A stretch of 64,000 bases of DNA from an archaeon (lineage in GTDB: Archaea; Nanobdellota; Nanobdellia; Woesearchaeales; GW2011-AR15), in the NCBI GenBank assembly GCA_043826135.1, contig JBDRQT010000053.1, positions 4,266-68,265 on the forward strand, read 5' to 3'. A model generated the notes under the pieces. It saw only the letters and a program-made list of their open reading frames with translations, searched no databases and was not told where the DNA came from. The first letter of the stretch is position 1. Each line of letters begins with the position of its first letter. Made by a program: the position numbers and the translations under genes. Shown piece after piece: positions 36,082 through 45,886 of this stretch.

Positions 36082-37565
36082 TGATCAAACAATTCCCCTT
36101 TTATCCCTAACTCTGCTATTTTTTCACTAAATCTTTTAATACGATTCATTCTAATTTCATAAGTATTCTCTTTGGTGCTCCATTTGTTGCCAAGCTTATC
36201 TCCAATGGTTCTGACAATACCATATTCTTGTTCATGGCTATCCATATATGCCCCGGGGGCAAGATAGGGCTGCCTATATGACCTCACCAGATCAATCACA
36301 TCCTTGTTCCTTTCCATAAATTCAAGAGTTTTACTAAACTCCTCTTCATCTTCACCCGGAAATCCAATGATTATGTAGACGACAACCATAATTCCTGCTG
36401 CTTTGCAGTCCTTGAGATTCTGCTCGATAATTTTTATAGAAGCCGGTTTTTTCATTTTTCTTAGGACAAAATCAGATCCAGTCTCTACACCAAATTCAAG
36501 CCTGTAGCATCCTGCTTTTTTCATCTTATTAAATAGTGCAGCAGTCATATTGAGACTTGCAAGAACCTGGCCTGACCACCTAAGACGCACATTTGATCTA
36601 TCAGTCAAGTCGCAGAATATTTCCAGCTCTTGTACATTCCCGTTTATGAGAGAATCAGTTAATGTGACAGTATCAATGCCATATGTGTCGAAGAGATATT
36701 TGAATTCTTCAAACCTTTTTTTGCCGCTTTTAATTCTGTATTTGCCGTTGATGCTTCTGACCTGGCAAAAAACGCAGTTTGCAATGCAGCCCCTTGACCA
36801 TTCGAGCTGTATATTTTTTGGGAGTCTATATTTAGCAAGATCGAATTCCAGATAATCAGGAAAATAAATACCATCAAGGTTGCTCTGCTGAACCCTTGGT
36901 TTATGCTCAATCTCTCCAGTGCTATCCCAGTAAATAATTCCCTCTATCCCCTTAATGGACTCATTTTTCAACACTTTTCTGATCAATTCCAGTGTTGTTG
37001 GTTCTCCATCTCCAAGGATGAAGCATATATCTTTGATTCCAAGCAGGTCCTTTGTAAAAATGTTTCTGGTCTCCTTGTTTTGGGCAGCGCCGCCACCTAT
37101 CAATATCAAAGCAGAACTTTTTTTCCTAATCCTTTTTATCAGTTCAATAGTAAAAAACTCTCTTGGATTATGTGCACTGAACCCAACAATCTTAGGATTA
37201 TGTCTTAGTATATCTTCTGTATATTCATCAAGAAAAGGATTAATATTTACAAGCTCTCTGATTCCTTTTAGACCAATCCAATATTCCTGCGTGTCCATAC
37301 CAAATAAGAATCTTAATGATTTGTTCAAGCGATGATACAGATCAATATTAATATCCAATATTGTTGATTTTATGCCGCTATCCCGCAGGAAAGAGCTAAG
37401 GGTCGCAATACCGAGTGGAGGAATATCCACATTCCAGGGAGGGGGATTTACAAGCAGAATGTCAATGTCTTTATTTTGAAATAGATTATATTCCATTAAC
37501 AAATGCATGATGAGAGTTTTCTTAAATGTTATCTTATACCTTGACAATAACAGAGAGTTCGTCAA
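36078..37565 (-). CDS. B12-binding-domain radical SAM protein (class B radical SAM)
   Basis: CxxxCxxC cluster in WSRGCIANCVFCQ. N-terminal Rossmann-like B12-binding-type region (ILLVNPPPW..., GGGAAQ). About 495 aa. Confidence 0.65.
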   Translation of the reverse strand: MTNSLLLSRYKITFKKTLIMHLLMEYNLFQNKDIDILLVNPPPWNVDIPPLGIATLSSFLRDSGIKSTILDINIDLYHRLNKSLRFLFGMDTQEYWIGLKGIRELVNINPFLDEYTEDILRHNPKIVGFSAHNPREFFTIELIKRIRKKSSALILIGGGAAQNKETRNIFTKDLLGIKDICFILGDGEPTTLELIRKVLKNESIKGIEGIIYWDSTGEIEHKPRVQQSNLDGIYFPDYLEFDLAKYRLPKNIQLEWSRGCIANCVFCQVRSINGKYRIKSGKKRFEEFKYLFDTYGIDTVTLTDSLINGNVQELEIFCDLTDRSNVRLRWSGQVLASLNMTAALFNKMKKAGCYRLEFGVETGSDFVLRKMKKPASIKIIEQNLKDCKAAGIMVVVYIIIGFPGEDEEEFSKTLEFMERNKDVIDLVRSYRQPYLAPGAYMDSHEQEYGIVRTIGDKLGNKWSTKENTYEIRMNRIKRFSEKIAELGIKGELFDH

Positions 37566-38010
37566 TCTTCACAAAATCAAGCATATTTTTTTTCTTAAGC
37601 TTTTCAAGATATCTGTAGAATGTGGCTTTTGAGCAAAGATTTTCAGTGTCAACAATCTGTTCTTTTATATCTGATGCAGACATATTCTTTTTTTCAGCCA
37701 GGCTGAGTATTCTTGACACTATTACGTTTTTTCTGTTTTTATTGATTTTTCTTAAGATTGAGTGATTAGCATTTGCCTTTGGTTGGACATTTTTTAGGGT
37801 TTCTTTGACAATCTTTGTTATAATCTCGCTATCCAGACCAGTACTATCATTTGAAAAAAGCTTCTCCTTTAGTATAATATTTTCCTGCTGAAGCTTTTTA
37901 TGGTCCTGCTTGATAGAATGAAGTTCAGAAGTCAGCTTTTCCATATCTTCCTTTATCTTGGAAAATGCTGCATGAATCGCAGTCCTATCAATATCACCCC
38001 CGACTGTCAT
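37534..38010 (-). CDS. Hypothetical coiled-coil plus winged-helix DNA-binding protein
   Basis: N-terminal heptad-rich region (LTSELHSIKQDHKKLQQENIILKEKL). C-terminal HTH-like segment ATFYRYLEKLKKKNMLDFVKIDE. Confidence 0.4.
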   Translation of the reverse strand: MTVGGDIDRTAIHAAFSKIKEDMEKLTSELHSIKQDHKKLQQENIILKEKLFSNDSTGLDSEIITKIVKETLKNVQPKANANHSILRKINKNRKNVIVSRILSLAEKKNMSASDIKEQIVDTENLCSKATFYRYLEKLKKKNMLDFVKIDELSVIVKV

Positions 38011-38052
38011 CCGGTTTAGATAGAATATCTGCTATATAAATCTTTTCAAAAA

Positions 38053-38248
38053 CTGAGACAAAAATGAAACAGGCTCACACAATATTGAGACAGATTTGAG
38101 ACTCAAAAAAGACATATTTTCCACAGGAAATAAAGGGGTGTCTCAATCACATTTTTGAGACGAGAAGATATTGAAATGAGACAAAAAAAGGCTAAAATTG
38201 ATACTCATGGAAACGAGGATAGAAGTTCCAGATGTTTCCACAGGAAAT
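38053..38248. promoter_or_regulatory. Divergent intergenic region with at least 6 copies of TGAGAC (one inverted) and two copies of the near-palindromic TTCCACAGGAAAT
   Basis: TGAGAC at 38054, 38086, 38097, 38155, 38176 and GTCTCA at ~38141. TTCCACAGGAAAT at 38119-38131 and 38235-38247. Located between the wHTH gene (minus) and the HIT gene (plus). Confidence 0.4.
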
Positions 38249-38287
38249 TATATATAGATTATACTTATACCTAATTAGGGTGATATT

Positions 38288-38701
38288 ATGGAGGATTGCA
38301 TTTTTTGTAAGATAATTGATGGACAAATACCTTGTTCCAAAGTATATGAGGATTCAAATGTCCTATGCTTTTTGGACAACGGACCTGTTAACAAAGGCCA
38401 TCTTCTGGTTGTCCCAAAGCAGCATGCTGAATCAATACTAGATGAATCTGATGAGAATCTCGCTCATTGTATGGTTGCCATAAAGAAAGTTGCGGGTGCA
38501 CTAATGAAAGCTATGAAGGCTGAAGGATTTAATGTAATAAATAATGCAAAACCTGCCGCTGGCCAGGTCATTTTTCATACACATTTCCACATAATACCTA
38601 GATTTGCAAATGACGGCCATAGACACTGGCCTCAAAGTAAATACAGCAGTGCTGAAGAAATGGATGATATAAAATTAAGAATAATTAAGAGTATTGGGTG
38701 A
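38288..38701 (+). CDS. HIT (histidine triad) family hydrolase
   Basis: CIFCKII N-terminal zinc motif and the histidine triad HTHFHIIPR. 137 aa. AGGGTGAT SD-like element upstream. Confidence 0.8.
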   Translation: MEDCIFCKIIDGQIPCSKVYEDSNVLCFLDNGPVNKGHLLVVPKQHAESILDESDENLAHCMVAIKKVAGALMKAMKAEGFNVINNAKPAAGQVIFHTHFHIIPRFANDGHRHWPQSKYSSAEEMDDIKLRIIKSIG

Positions 38702-39248
38702 CCAAATCGAGGATATAAGATTGGAGGAATTTAGGAACGATATGCATTATCTAGTTAGCCTAACAAATCATATTGACGACCAATATTCCAAAAACAACAA
38801 TGATACTTATCATTATCTCAAAAGACTGAGAAAGATAGTTGAAAGATTTAATGAAAAATATCAATACGTGCACGTTGCAGTCCAAAAAACCGATCTGAAG
38901 ATCTCAGTCAAACTATATATCAGAAAAGACAGCATCGAAAAAATTCATTCTGATATAACGAATATTAAAAAAAATATTTTTGATCCGAAATTAAATCCGG
39001 CCGAGGTCAACTTTGCATATAATCCTAACAGAAACATGGTTGAATTAATTCCTTCTCCTGACTCGCTTCTCGATAATTCCTCCCCAGAATTCAGACTGCT
39101 CTCAAAATACGCTTTGCTATCATCCAATTCTGATATCAGCATCAAGGAAGAATGTGACAGCCTGTTCTCATTTGAGACAGACCCGAATCTGGGCAGCGAA
39201 GGAATTGTCTATACACCAAGAAATTTTCCAGGAGATAATGTGTATTAA
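38694..39248 (+). CDS. Hypothetical protein (184 aa)
   Basis: ORF overlapping the HIT gene by 8 nt. No motif recognised. Confidence 0.35.
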   Translation: MGDQIEDIRLEEFRNDMHYLVSLTNHIDDQYSKNNNDTYHYLKRLRKIVERFNEKYQYVHVAVQKTDLKISVKLYIRKDSIEKIHSDITNIKKNIFDPKLNPAEVNFAYNPNRNMVELIPSPDSLLDNSSPEFRLLSKYALLSSNSDISIKEECDSLFSFETDPNLGSEGIVYTPRNFPGDNVY

Positions 39249-39295
39249 AGATAGTTTTATAAAATAAACGGATTTCTCCTCTATTGCCGAGCATT

Positions 39296-39423
39296 TGCGG
39301 GTGTAGCTTAGCCTGGTTATAGCGCTGGACTCATATATGCTTATGAGTGATGAGCCGTTTGGCGATGATATTCATAAGGCGCTAAGAAATCCAGAAGTCA
39401 CGATTTCAAATATCGTCACCCGC
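39296..39423 (+). tRNA. tRNA-Met (anticodon CAT; could alternatively be tRNA-Ile2) with a ~53-nt intron at the canonical 37/38 position
   Basis: Hand-folded. Acceptor GCGGGTG/CACCCGC plus discriminator A. D-arm GCT.AGCCTGGTTAT.AGC. Anticodon stem CTGGA/TCCAG with loop CT-CAT-A(A), interrupted after position 37 by 39335-39387. T-arm ACGAT-TTCAAAT-ATCGT. No encoded CCA. Confidence 0.7.
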
Positions 39424-39516
39424 ACTTATTTATTGGTTGGTGCAAATTGTTTGCTAATCCTAGGATAGAATGGCGAAATAGTATTAATATGACGAGAAGA
39501 GATTCAAGATTGCAGT

Positions 39517-40788
39517 ATGAAAAAAATATTCATAAAAACCTACGGCTGCTCCTTTAATCAGTCTGATTCTGAAATCATGGCAGGGCTGCTTGAACATTCT
39601 GGTAGATACATGATAGTAATAAACGAGAAAAAAGCAGATCTGGTGATAATAAACAGCTGCACCGTGAAGACCAAAGCTGAATCAAAATTCTGGAAAGATA
39701 TCAGAGACATCAAAAAACCAAAGATTCTTGCCGGATGTGTGCCGCAGGCTGATCCGTTCAACACAAAACTTAGTGATTTTTCAGTTATAGGGACCAACAG
39801 TCTGACCTCTATAGTCGATGTAGCGGATGAGACGCTTGCGGGAAATGCTGTAAAACTCCTGAAAAAATCAGCATCGGGAAGGCTAAATATCCCCAAGATA
39901 AGGAGAAATGCCATTGTTGAAATAGTACCTATTAATGAAGGCTGCCTGGGAAGCTGCGATTTTTGCAAAACAATCTTTGCACGGGGTCACCTAAAGAGTT
40001 ACCAAATAGACGACATCGTAAAACATATAAGAAACGCCCTAAATGACGGCGCAAAAGAGATCTGGCTGACCAGCCAGGATACTGCTTGCTATGGCTATGA
40101 CATAAAAACAAACATCGTGGAACTGCTAAAAAGGATACTTGAGATGAAAAGGGATTTTAAGGTAAGGCTTGGTATGGGCAACCCTGATTACATGACTGAT
40201 TATCTGCCTGAATTGATTGAAATCTTTAATGATAAGAGAATGTTTAAGTTCTTGCATATTCCTGTGCAAAGCGGATCAGATAACGTGCTAAAAGCGATGA
40301 AACGAAATTATACTGTAGCCAAATTCAAAAGAATTGTGAGTGCATTTAGAAAAAAGCATCCTGAAATCACAATATCTACAGACTTAATTGTAGGTTATCC
40401 TTGCGAGACTGATGCAGATTTTGAGAAAAGTATGTCTCTCATAAAATCAATCGAGCCTGATGTGCTTAATTTGTCCAGATTCTGGGCAAGGCCTGGAACT
40501 CTTGCTGCGAAAAAAAAGCAGCTTCGGACTGAAATAGTCAAAGAAAGAGGAATAAAAGCAACAAAAATCTGGATTGATACCGCAAAAAATAACAATGCCG
40601 GATGGGAGGGTTGGACAGGCGAGATATTGATAGATGAAATCGGAAAAAATAAGAGCTTTGTAGGAAGAAATTATGCATATAAGCCTGTGATTGTAAAAGG
40701 AGACTTTAGAATCGGTGATACAGTTAGAGTTAAAATCAATAATGCTACAAAAGATGATTTGAGAGGGGAAATAATAAATACTAACTAA
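39517..40788 (+). CDS. tRNA methylthiotransferase (MiaB/MtaB/CDKAL1-like radical SAM MTTase)
   Basis: N-terminal MTTase domain KIFIKTYGCSFNQSDSE...INSCTV. Radical-SAM CxxxCxxC (EGCLGSCDFC). C-terminal TRAM-like region. Confidence 0.8.
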   Translation: MKKIFIKTYGCSFNQSDSEIMAGLLEHSGRYMIVINEKKADLVIINSCTVKTKAESKFWKDIRDIKKPKILAGCVPQADPFNTKLSDFSVIGTNSLTSIVDVADETLAGNAVKLLKKSASGRLNIPKIRRNAIVEIVPINEGCLGSCDFCKTIFARGHLKSYQIDDIVKHIRNALNDGAKEIWLTSQDTACYGYDIKTNIVELLKRILEMKRDFKVRLGMGNPDYMTDYLPELIEIFNDKRMFKFLHIPVQSGSDNVLKAMKRNYTVAKFKRIVSAFRKKHPEITISTDLIVGYPCETDADFEKSMSLIKSIEPDVLNLSRFWARPGTLAAKKKQLRTEIVKERGIKATKIWIDTAKNNNAGWEGWTGEILIDEIGKNKSFVGRNYAYKPVIVKGDFRIGDTVRVKINNATKDDLRGEIINTN

Positions 40789-40803
40789 TTTTAACCTTTA
40801 GCT

Positions 40804-41403
40804 ATGCCAACAATCTCATCAATCGTCGACCTTGTCCTTAAAAAATATTCTTCTGAGATACCCAAGCTAAAAGAAAGCCTTTCATCAAACCTTGAATTCA
40901 GGTTATTCTTTAATATTGATTTGTCAAAACCCTTCAAAGAAGCAAAAAAGGAATTCTTAAAAAATTATATCAATGACATCTTGACACTAAGCCTTGGCAA
41001 CATCAGCCTGGCGGCAAAAAAAGCAAATATACACAGAAGGCATTTCCACAGGATTATAATTGAGCTTGAGGTCGACCCTGAGTTCCATAAAAGAGAGATG
41101 CTTAAGCCCGATGAATATATGAAAACATATGTGCAAAATATTCTTGAGGAGACACTCGCGAGTTTTAGAGAAGAATCAAAAAATAGCAAAGTATATTCAA
41201 ATCTTGATGATATCTCTGTAGTTATTGCCCAAAACATTGATAGCCTTTCTTATGACGATGCCCTTGAAATTTTTGAAAAGGAATACATACAAAGAGCACT
41301 AAAAGATAATGGATATGATATTCATAGAACTGCGCAAGCTATAGGGATGAATGAAAGGACGCTTTACAGAAAGATAAATAAATTGCGGATTACCGGTGTA
41401 TAA
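40804..41403 (+). CDS. Hypothetical protein with C-terminal Fis-type HTH
   Basis: C-terminus ALKDNGYDIHRTAQAIGMNERTLYRKINKL resembles HTH_8 (Fis/NtrC-type). Confidence 0.4.
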   Translation: MPTISSIVDLVLKKYSSEIPKLKESLSSNLEFRLFFNIDLSKPFKEAKKEFLKNYINDILTLSLGNISLAAKKANIHRRHFHRIIIELEVDPEFHKREMLKPDEYMKTYVQNILEETLASFREESKNSKVYSNLDDISVVIAQNIDSLSYDDALEIFEKEYIQRALKDNGYDIHRTAQAIGMNERTLYRKINKLRITGV

Positions 41404-41444
41404 TCAAAGTCTGATTTATATATAAACTATTTCTGCTAGTAGAG

Positions 41445-42386
41445 ATGATATACCGATTTGAATCTGATTCCAGAGAAAACGCCCCCGGGATGCTCGAAAG
41501 ACTGCTTAGTTTGCTGCGTGACCATGAAATTGATTCAATAGACTCTAGCAGACAAACATATCTTCAGTACATTGCGTATCTTGATGCATTTGGCCTTAAT
41601 TTCAATACACTTTCAGTGAAATCCTTAGATCAAAGTCATACTTCCATTTGCGAAATACCCTCTGTGGGTACATTTGAATTGTCAGGAGAATCCTATGATC
41701 TATTTCATAGATTCAAGAAAACACTGAATGGTGATGAGCTTGAGATAGATACAAGCCATGAATTCGAAAGGCCACTTGAAAGCCGAAGATATTGGAGCGG
41801 ATGGAAAAAAGGTGGACATGCATTAAGATATAGACAGTTATATGGTTGGGTCTGCAATGCTGTTTTGCCGATACTTGGCGAATTTAAAGATTTAGACAAG
41901 ATAATCATAGCTGACATATTTGCAGGTGATGGAGAGTTCATAGAAGTACTCGTAAGAGCAATAGCGCAAGCTACTCAAATCAGAAATGTGGAATTCCATG
42001 TTGTAGATAATAATAGAGCTGCATTAACAATTGCGAGGTCAAGAAGTGACAGCGTACATTCATATCTTCCAGAAGCCTCGTATTTTGTTCATAACAGCAA
42101 TTGCGTCAGAAATCCTCTGCCATTCAGGCAAAATCCGCATATTGTGACTGCCATGGGCGCACTTACACAGGAAGTCTGTTCCAGAAAAAATGCAGAAAAC
42201 TCTGCATTCGATGTGTCTTCGCATCAAGATAAGAGTAGTTTTTTTATTGCAGCTGCAGGTGCTGCAGAAATACAGCTTAGTCGTGCTTACTTCGAGAGTA
42301 TCGGTTATGGAATGCACAATATGAGCATCCCTGCTTTGGTTAAGATGGGAATGAAACCCGATCAACTCTATATTATGCAAAAATGA
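41445..42386 (+). CDS. Hypothetical protein, possibly Rossmann-fold methyltransferase-like
   Basis: DIFAGDGEF resembles SAM-MTase motif I (D-x-F-x-G-x-G). Weak. Confidence 0.35.
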   Translation: MIYRFESDSRENAPGMLERLLSLLRDHEIDSIDSSRQTYLQYIAYLDAFGLNFNTLSVKSLDQSHTSICEIPSVGTFELSGESYDLFHRFKKTLNGDELEIDTSHEFERPLESRRYWSGWKKGGHALRYRQLYGWVCNAVLPILGEFKDLDKIIIADIFAGDGEFIEVLVRAIAQATQIRNVEFHVVDNNRAALTIARSRSDSVHSYLPEASYFVHNSNCVRNPLPFRQNPHIVTAMGALTQEVCSRKNAENSAFDVSSHQDKSSFFIAAAGAAEIQLSRAYFESIGYGMHNMSIPALVKMGMKPDQLYIMQK

Positions 42387-42478
42387 CATTTTTGTCACAC
42401 TAATATACTTTTAATCACAATTTTATTTATAAATTAAAGTGCGCAACTTTCGCCTATAATAATTAAAGGTGAAAAATC

Positions 42479-44419
42479 ATGGCAAAAACTGAAAAAAAAG
42501 AGACTAAAAAAGATGAAAATCAGGATAAAACCACTATCGATGCTCTTGATGTGAGCAAACTCAATCTGCCAAAGGAAGCAAAAGAGAAACTCGAGAAGAT
42601 AAAAGGAGAACTTGAAAAATTCAAAAAAGAAGTCGTCGAAAAATTTGATAAATATATCATGGGAATTACTCTGCTTCCGCCAAGAATGCCATTTCCACAG
42701 ATGCAGGGAGGTATGGGAATGCCCCCTGGAATGGGAATGCCATCGATGCCAACAATGGGTATGGGTTCGCCAATGGCACCTGGCCAGATTCAGCAACCAA
42801 ATAAAGATGAAATCTCTATCATGGTACTCGTTGATGATAACGACAGCCAGAAGATGAGTAAATATGAACTTAAAGCAAAACTTTCCCAGATAATCGCAAA
42901 AATTGGAACTGACATAAACCCAAATATTGTTGCTGAAACCATTATCCTAAGCGAACTCTGGCAAAGCTGTTATGATGGCAAGTATGACCTCACTGCAAGA
43001 GTTGCGACAGGAGCCCCGGTATATGATACAGGAATGCTTGCGGCTGTGAAGATCAGCGAAATACATAAACAGATGGTCCTAAAGAAATTTGAAAAATACA
43101 TAGTGACATATGTCCTGGCAGGAAGCCTAGTCCAGGGCAAAGCCAAGCCTGATTCTGACATAGACGTATTTGTTGTCATTGACGACACTGATGTCAAGAA
43201 GATGACCAGGATAGAACTCAAAGATAAGCTGAGAGCAATAATAATCGGTATGGGTCTTGAAGCAGGAGAGATGACCGGAATCAGGAACAAGCTCAATATC
43301 CAGGTATATATCCTTACTGATTTCTGGGAGAATATCAAGGAAGCAAATCCAATAATATTTACATTCCTCAGAGATGGAATCCCCTTCTATGACAGAGGAA
43401 TATTCATGCCATGGAAACAGCTGCTGCAGATGGGACGGATTAAGCCAAGCCAGGAAGCAATTGATTTATTCATCACGTCAGGAGACCAGATGATCTCCAG
43501 GGTCAAATTCAAGCTAAATACAGTCGGTATGGAAGATACTTTCTATGCAATACTTACTCCGAGCCAGGCGGCTATCATGATGTATGGAATAGCTCCTCCG
43601 ACTCCAAAAGAGACACCTGATCTCATGAGAGAGATATTTGTCAAGAAGGAAAAGCTTCTTGAGAATGAGTATGTTGATATTCTGGAAGCTAACATAAAGC
43701 TCAGGAAAGACCTGGAGCACGGAACAAAGAAAGAGCTTACAGGAAAAGAGATAGACAAACTTCTTGAAGATTCTGATAGATACCTGAAAAGGATTAAAAA
43801 ATTGTTCAAGCAGATAGAGAAAGTCAAGGAAGAAGAAAACATAGTGCACCTCTACGACACTTCTGTCACAATGCTTAGGGATGTCCTTAGGCTTGAAGGT
43901 GTTGAATCTGTCAAAGAAGAAGAGCTTGTAAAAGTCTGCGAAAATAACCTTGTCAACAGCGGAAAGATGCCTCAGAAGTATGTGAGGATGATCAAAGAGA
44001 CGCTTAAAGCCAAGAAGGATTATGACGCTGGCAGCCTGACAAAAACAGATATATCAAATGTCCAGAAAGATAGCTCTGAACTACACAGGTTCCTTGTTGA
44101 ATATATACAGAGGAAACGCGGCAAAGAGATGGAAAGGACAAAAATCAGGGTAAAGTACGGGAAACTTTATGGTGAAGTGATTCTTCTTGGAAAGCATGCA
44201 TATGTCATCCATGACCTGGACAGTGAAGAAAAACAGATTTCAAAGGCAGCAATATCTGAAGACGGTGCGCTTGTTGATATGAAAGAGAGCTCACACGAAG
44301 AGCTTGAGAAAGCGCTGACCGAAGAAGCGCTCCCAAACCGTGCTTACATAAAGCAGCCAATCTTTGAGAATCTGAGAGAGATTTTTGGAAAGGATGTTGA
44401 AATAATGGTAAGCCAATAA
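42479..44419 (+). CDS. Tandem nucleotidyltransferase-fold domain protein with coiled-coil N-terminus and Met/Gly/Pro-rich linker
   Basis: NTase signature GSLVQGKAKPDSDIDVFVVIDD. An internal duplication (VLVDDNDSQKMSKYELKAKLSQII vs VVIDDTDVKKMTRIELKDKLRAII) gives two NTase-like units. Low-complexity PPRMPFPQMQGGMGMPPGMGMPSMPTMGMGSPMAPG. Confidence 0.5.
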   Translation: MAKTEKKETKKDENQDKTTIDALDVSKLNLPKEAKEKLEKIKGELEKFKKEVVEKFDKYIMGITLLPPRMPFPQMQGGMGMPPGMGMPSMPTMGMGSPMAPGQIQQPNKDEISIMVLVDDNDSQKMSKYELKAKLSQIIAKIGTDINPNIVAETIILSELWQSCYDGKYDLTARVATGAPVYDTGMLAAVKISEIHKQMVLKKFEKYIVTYVLAGSLVQGKAKPDSDIDVFVVIDDTDVKKMTRIELKDKLRAIIIGMGLEAGEMTGIRNKLNIQVYILTDFWENIKEANPIIFTFLRDGIPFYDRGIFMPWKQLLQMGRIKPSQEAIDLFITSGDQMISRVKFKLNTVGMEDTFYAILTPSQAAIMMYGIAPPTPKETPDLMREIFVKKEKLLENEYVDILEANIKLRKDLEHGTKKELTGKEIDKLLEDSDRYLKRIKKLFKQIEKVKEEENIVHLYDTSVTMLRDVLRLEGVESVKEEELVKVCENNLVNSGKMPQKYVRMIKETLKAKKDYDAGSLTKTDISNVQKDSSELHRFLVEYIQRKRGKEMERTKIRVKYGKLYGEVILLGKHAYVIHDLDSEEKQISKAAISEDGALVDMKESSHEELEKALTEEALPNRAYIKQPIFENLREIFGKDVEIMVSQ

Positions 44420-44464
44420 GAATTTTTTTATAATATTTTTTGCAGAGGGGGTAATTTATTTTTT

Positions 44465-45022
44465 ATGTCAGATAAAATTAATTTTGACTCAATCGAAGAA
44501 TGCTTGGCAGAATCACAGCAGTATTCTATCGAGAGATTGCTTGAAATTCTTGTGAGTGAGGAAAAACCAAAGGCGTATATTATTTCTGAGAACAAACCGC
44601 TGCAGATTGAGGACCTTGATAACAGTGAAATTATTGTTGAAAAAAATTTAGATATCAAGCTCCTGCTTTATGAACTCTCTGACGGAAGTTACTTGGTCTA
44701 CAAAAAGAAGGATGATTCAGAAGAAGGAGAGGAAAAGAATGCAAAGGGAACTTATGCCACAGAATCAGGCAAGGATTATGAATTATTTGTCCCAACTGGG
44801 GTGACTGTAAGAAGGGTGCCTCAGAATGTGCTTGGAAATGGCGTCCTTGGTAGGGCATTCATCCATTCAAATTACATTGAGATATTAGATTCTTTAATGG
44901 GAAATGAATACACAGAAGTCCTAACTCATGAAGTCTATCACATTCTATTTCCTGAAAAAAAAGAGATGGAGATCCGGCAGATGACAATGTATACTCTGGG
45001 GAATGCTACGGTTTATCATTGA
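44465..45022 (+). CDS. Hypothetical protein with C-terminal HExxH motif (possible minimal zincin-like)
   Basis: LTHEVYHILF near the C-terminus. Otherwise unrecognised. Confidence 0.35.
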   Translation: MSDKINFDSIEECLAESQQYSIERLLEILVSEEKPKAYIISENKPLQIEDLDNSEIIVEKNLDIKLLLYELSDGSYLVYKKKDDSEEGEEKNAKGTYATESGKDYELFVPTGVTVRRVPQNVLGNGVLGRAFIHSNYIEILDSLMGNEYTEVLTHEVYHILFPEKKEMEIRQMTMYTLGNATVYH

Positions 45023-45298
45023 ATTAATGTTTGAAACTACATCTTATCCTTGGACTACTAAGCATTGCGAAATAGTCCTTAGTATTTTCCCTCAAGGATT
45101 TTGATAAAAGCCTTGGCATGATGACAAGATAAATATCAAACAAATTAGTAGATTGTTTCTTTTAGAAATTCTAATAAAGTTGTAATTTTTCAAACCTATT
45201 TATTACAATTATATTATCAACGTTATTCTTTGCATCGCCATCTTCAATAATCTTAAATACTAGAAGGTTCTTTAAATATTCAAACAAGGATTTTAAGC

Positions 45299-45814
45299 AT
45301 GGTAGAATACTATATCACGGTTGCAGGTGAATCCATAAATTATGAAGGCCTTTTCACTATGAAAGACCTCTTTAGGATCATTGATAAATACTACAGGACC
45401 AAAGGTTTTGATAAGAAGATTGTTTTTGACGAGGAATACACGACTGATAAGGGCAAATACTTCCATCTCAAAACTCATTATTATAAAAAGGTGGATGCGT
45501 ATATTAGGTTAACGACAAGACTTTGGATTTACGTAAATGACTATGTTGTTGTTGAAAAAGAAGTAGAAGGCAACAAAATCAAGACAGGCCAAGGGAAAAT
45601 ATCTATAACCTTTGATGCATCTCTCCAGACAAATTATTTTGGTATTTATCCAGATACAGTACTTTTTTATTTTTTATTCAGGCTTCTTTATGAGAAGATA
45701 TTTGCCGGTGGAAAGATCAAGTACTGGGACCAAGTATCAAAGCACGTAATCAATGAACTAAAAACTGAAATAAGCAGCTATCTCAACCTGAACAAGTTTT
45801 TGTACGAGAGATGA
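45299..45814 (+). CDS. Hypothetical protein, tandem paralog family member 1 (171 aa)
   Basis: Shares the N-terminal block (INYEGLF...DLFRIIDKYYRTKGFDKKIV) and the C-terminal LNLNKFL(Y/F) tail with the 46435-46944 ORF. Confidence 0.4.
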   Translation: MVEYYITVAGESINYEGLFTMKDLFRIIDKYYRTKGFDKKIVFDEEYTTDKGKYFHLKTHYYKKVDAYIRLTTRLWIYVNDYVVVEKEVEGNKIKTGQGKISITFDASLQTNYFGIYPDTVLFYFLFRLLYEKIFAGGKIKYWDQVSKHVINELKTEISSYLNLNKFLYER

Positions 45815-45886
45815 ACTACAAAATTGTTTTGGATTTTCTCACAAACACAAATTATATAAACCAGTATACTTATTTATATACTGAAT

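Noticed and set aside
38053-38180. Repeated TGAGAC units considered as a possible CRISPR or mini-array
   Set aside because: The units are only 6 nt, irregularly spaced, with one inverted copy, and there are no cas genes. Better explained as transcription-factor binding sites.
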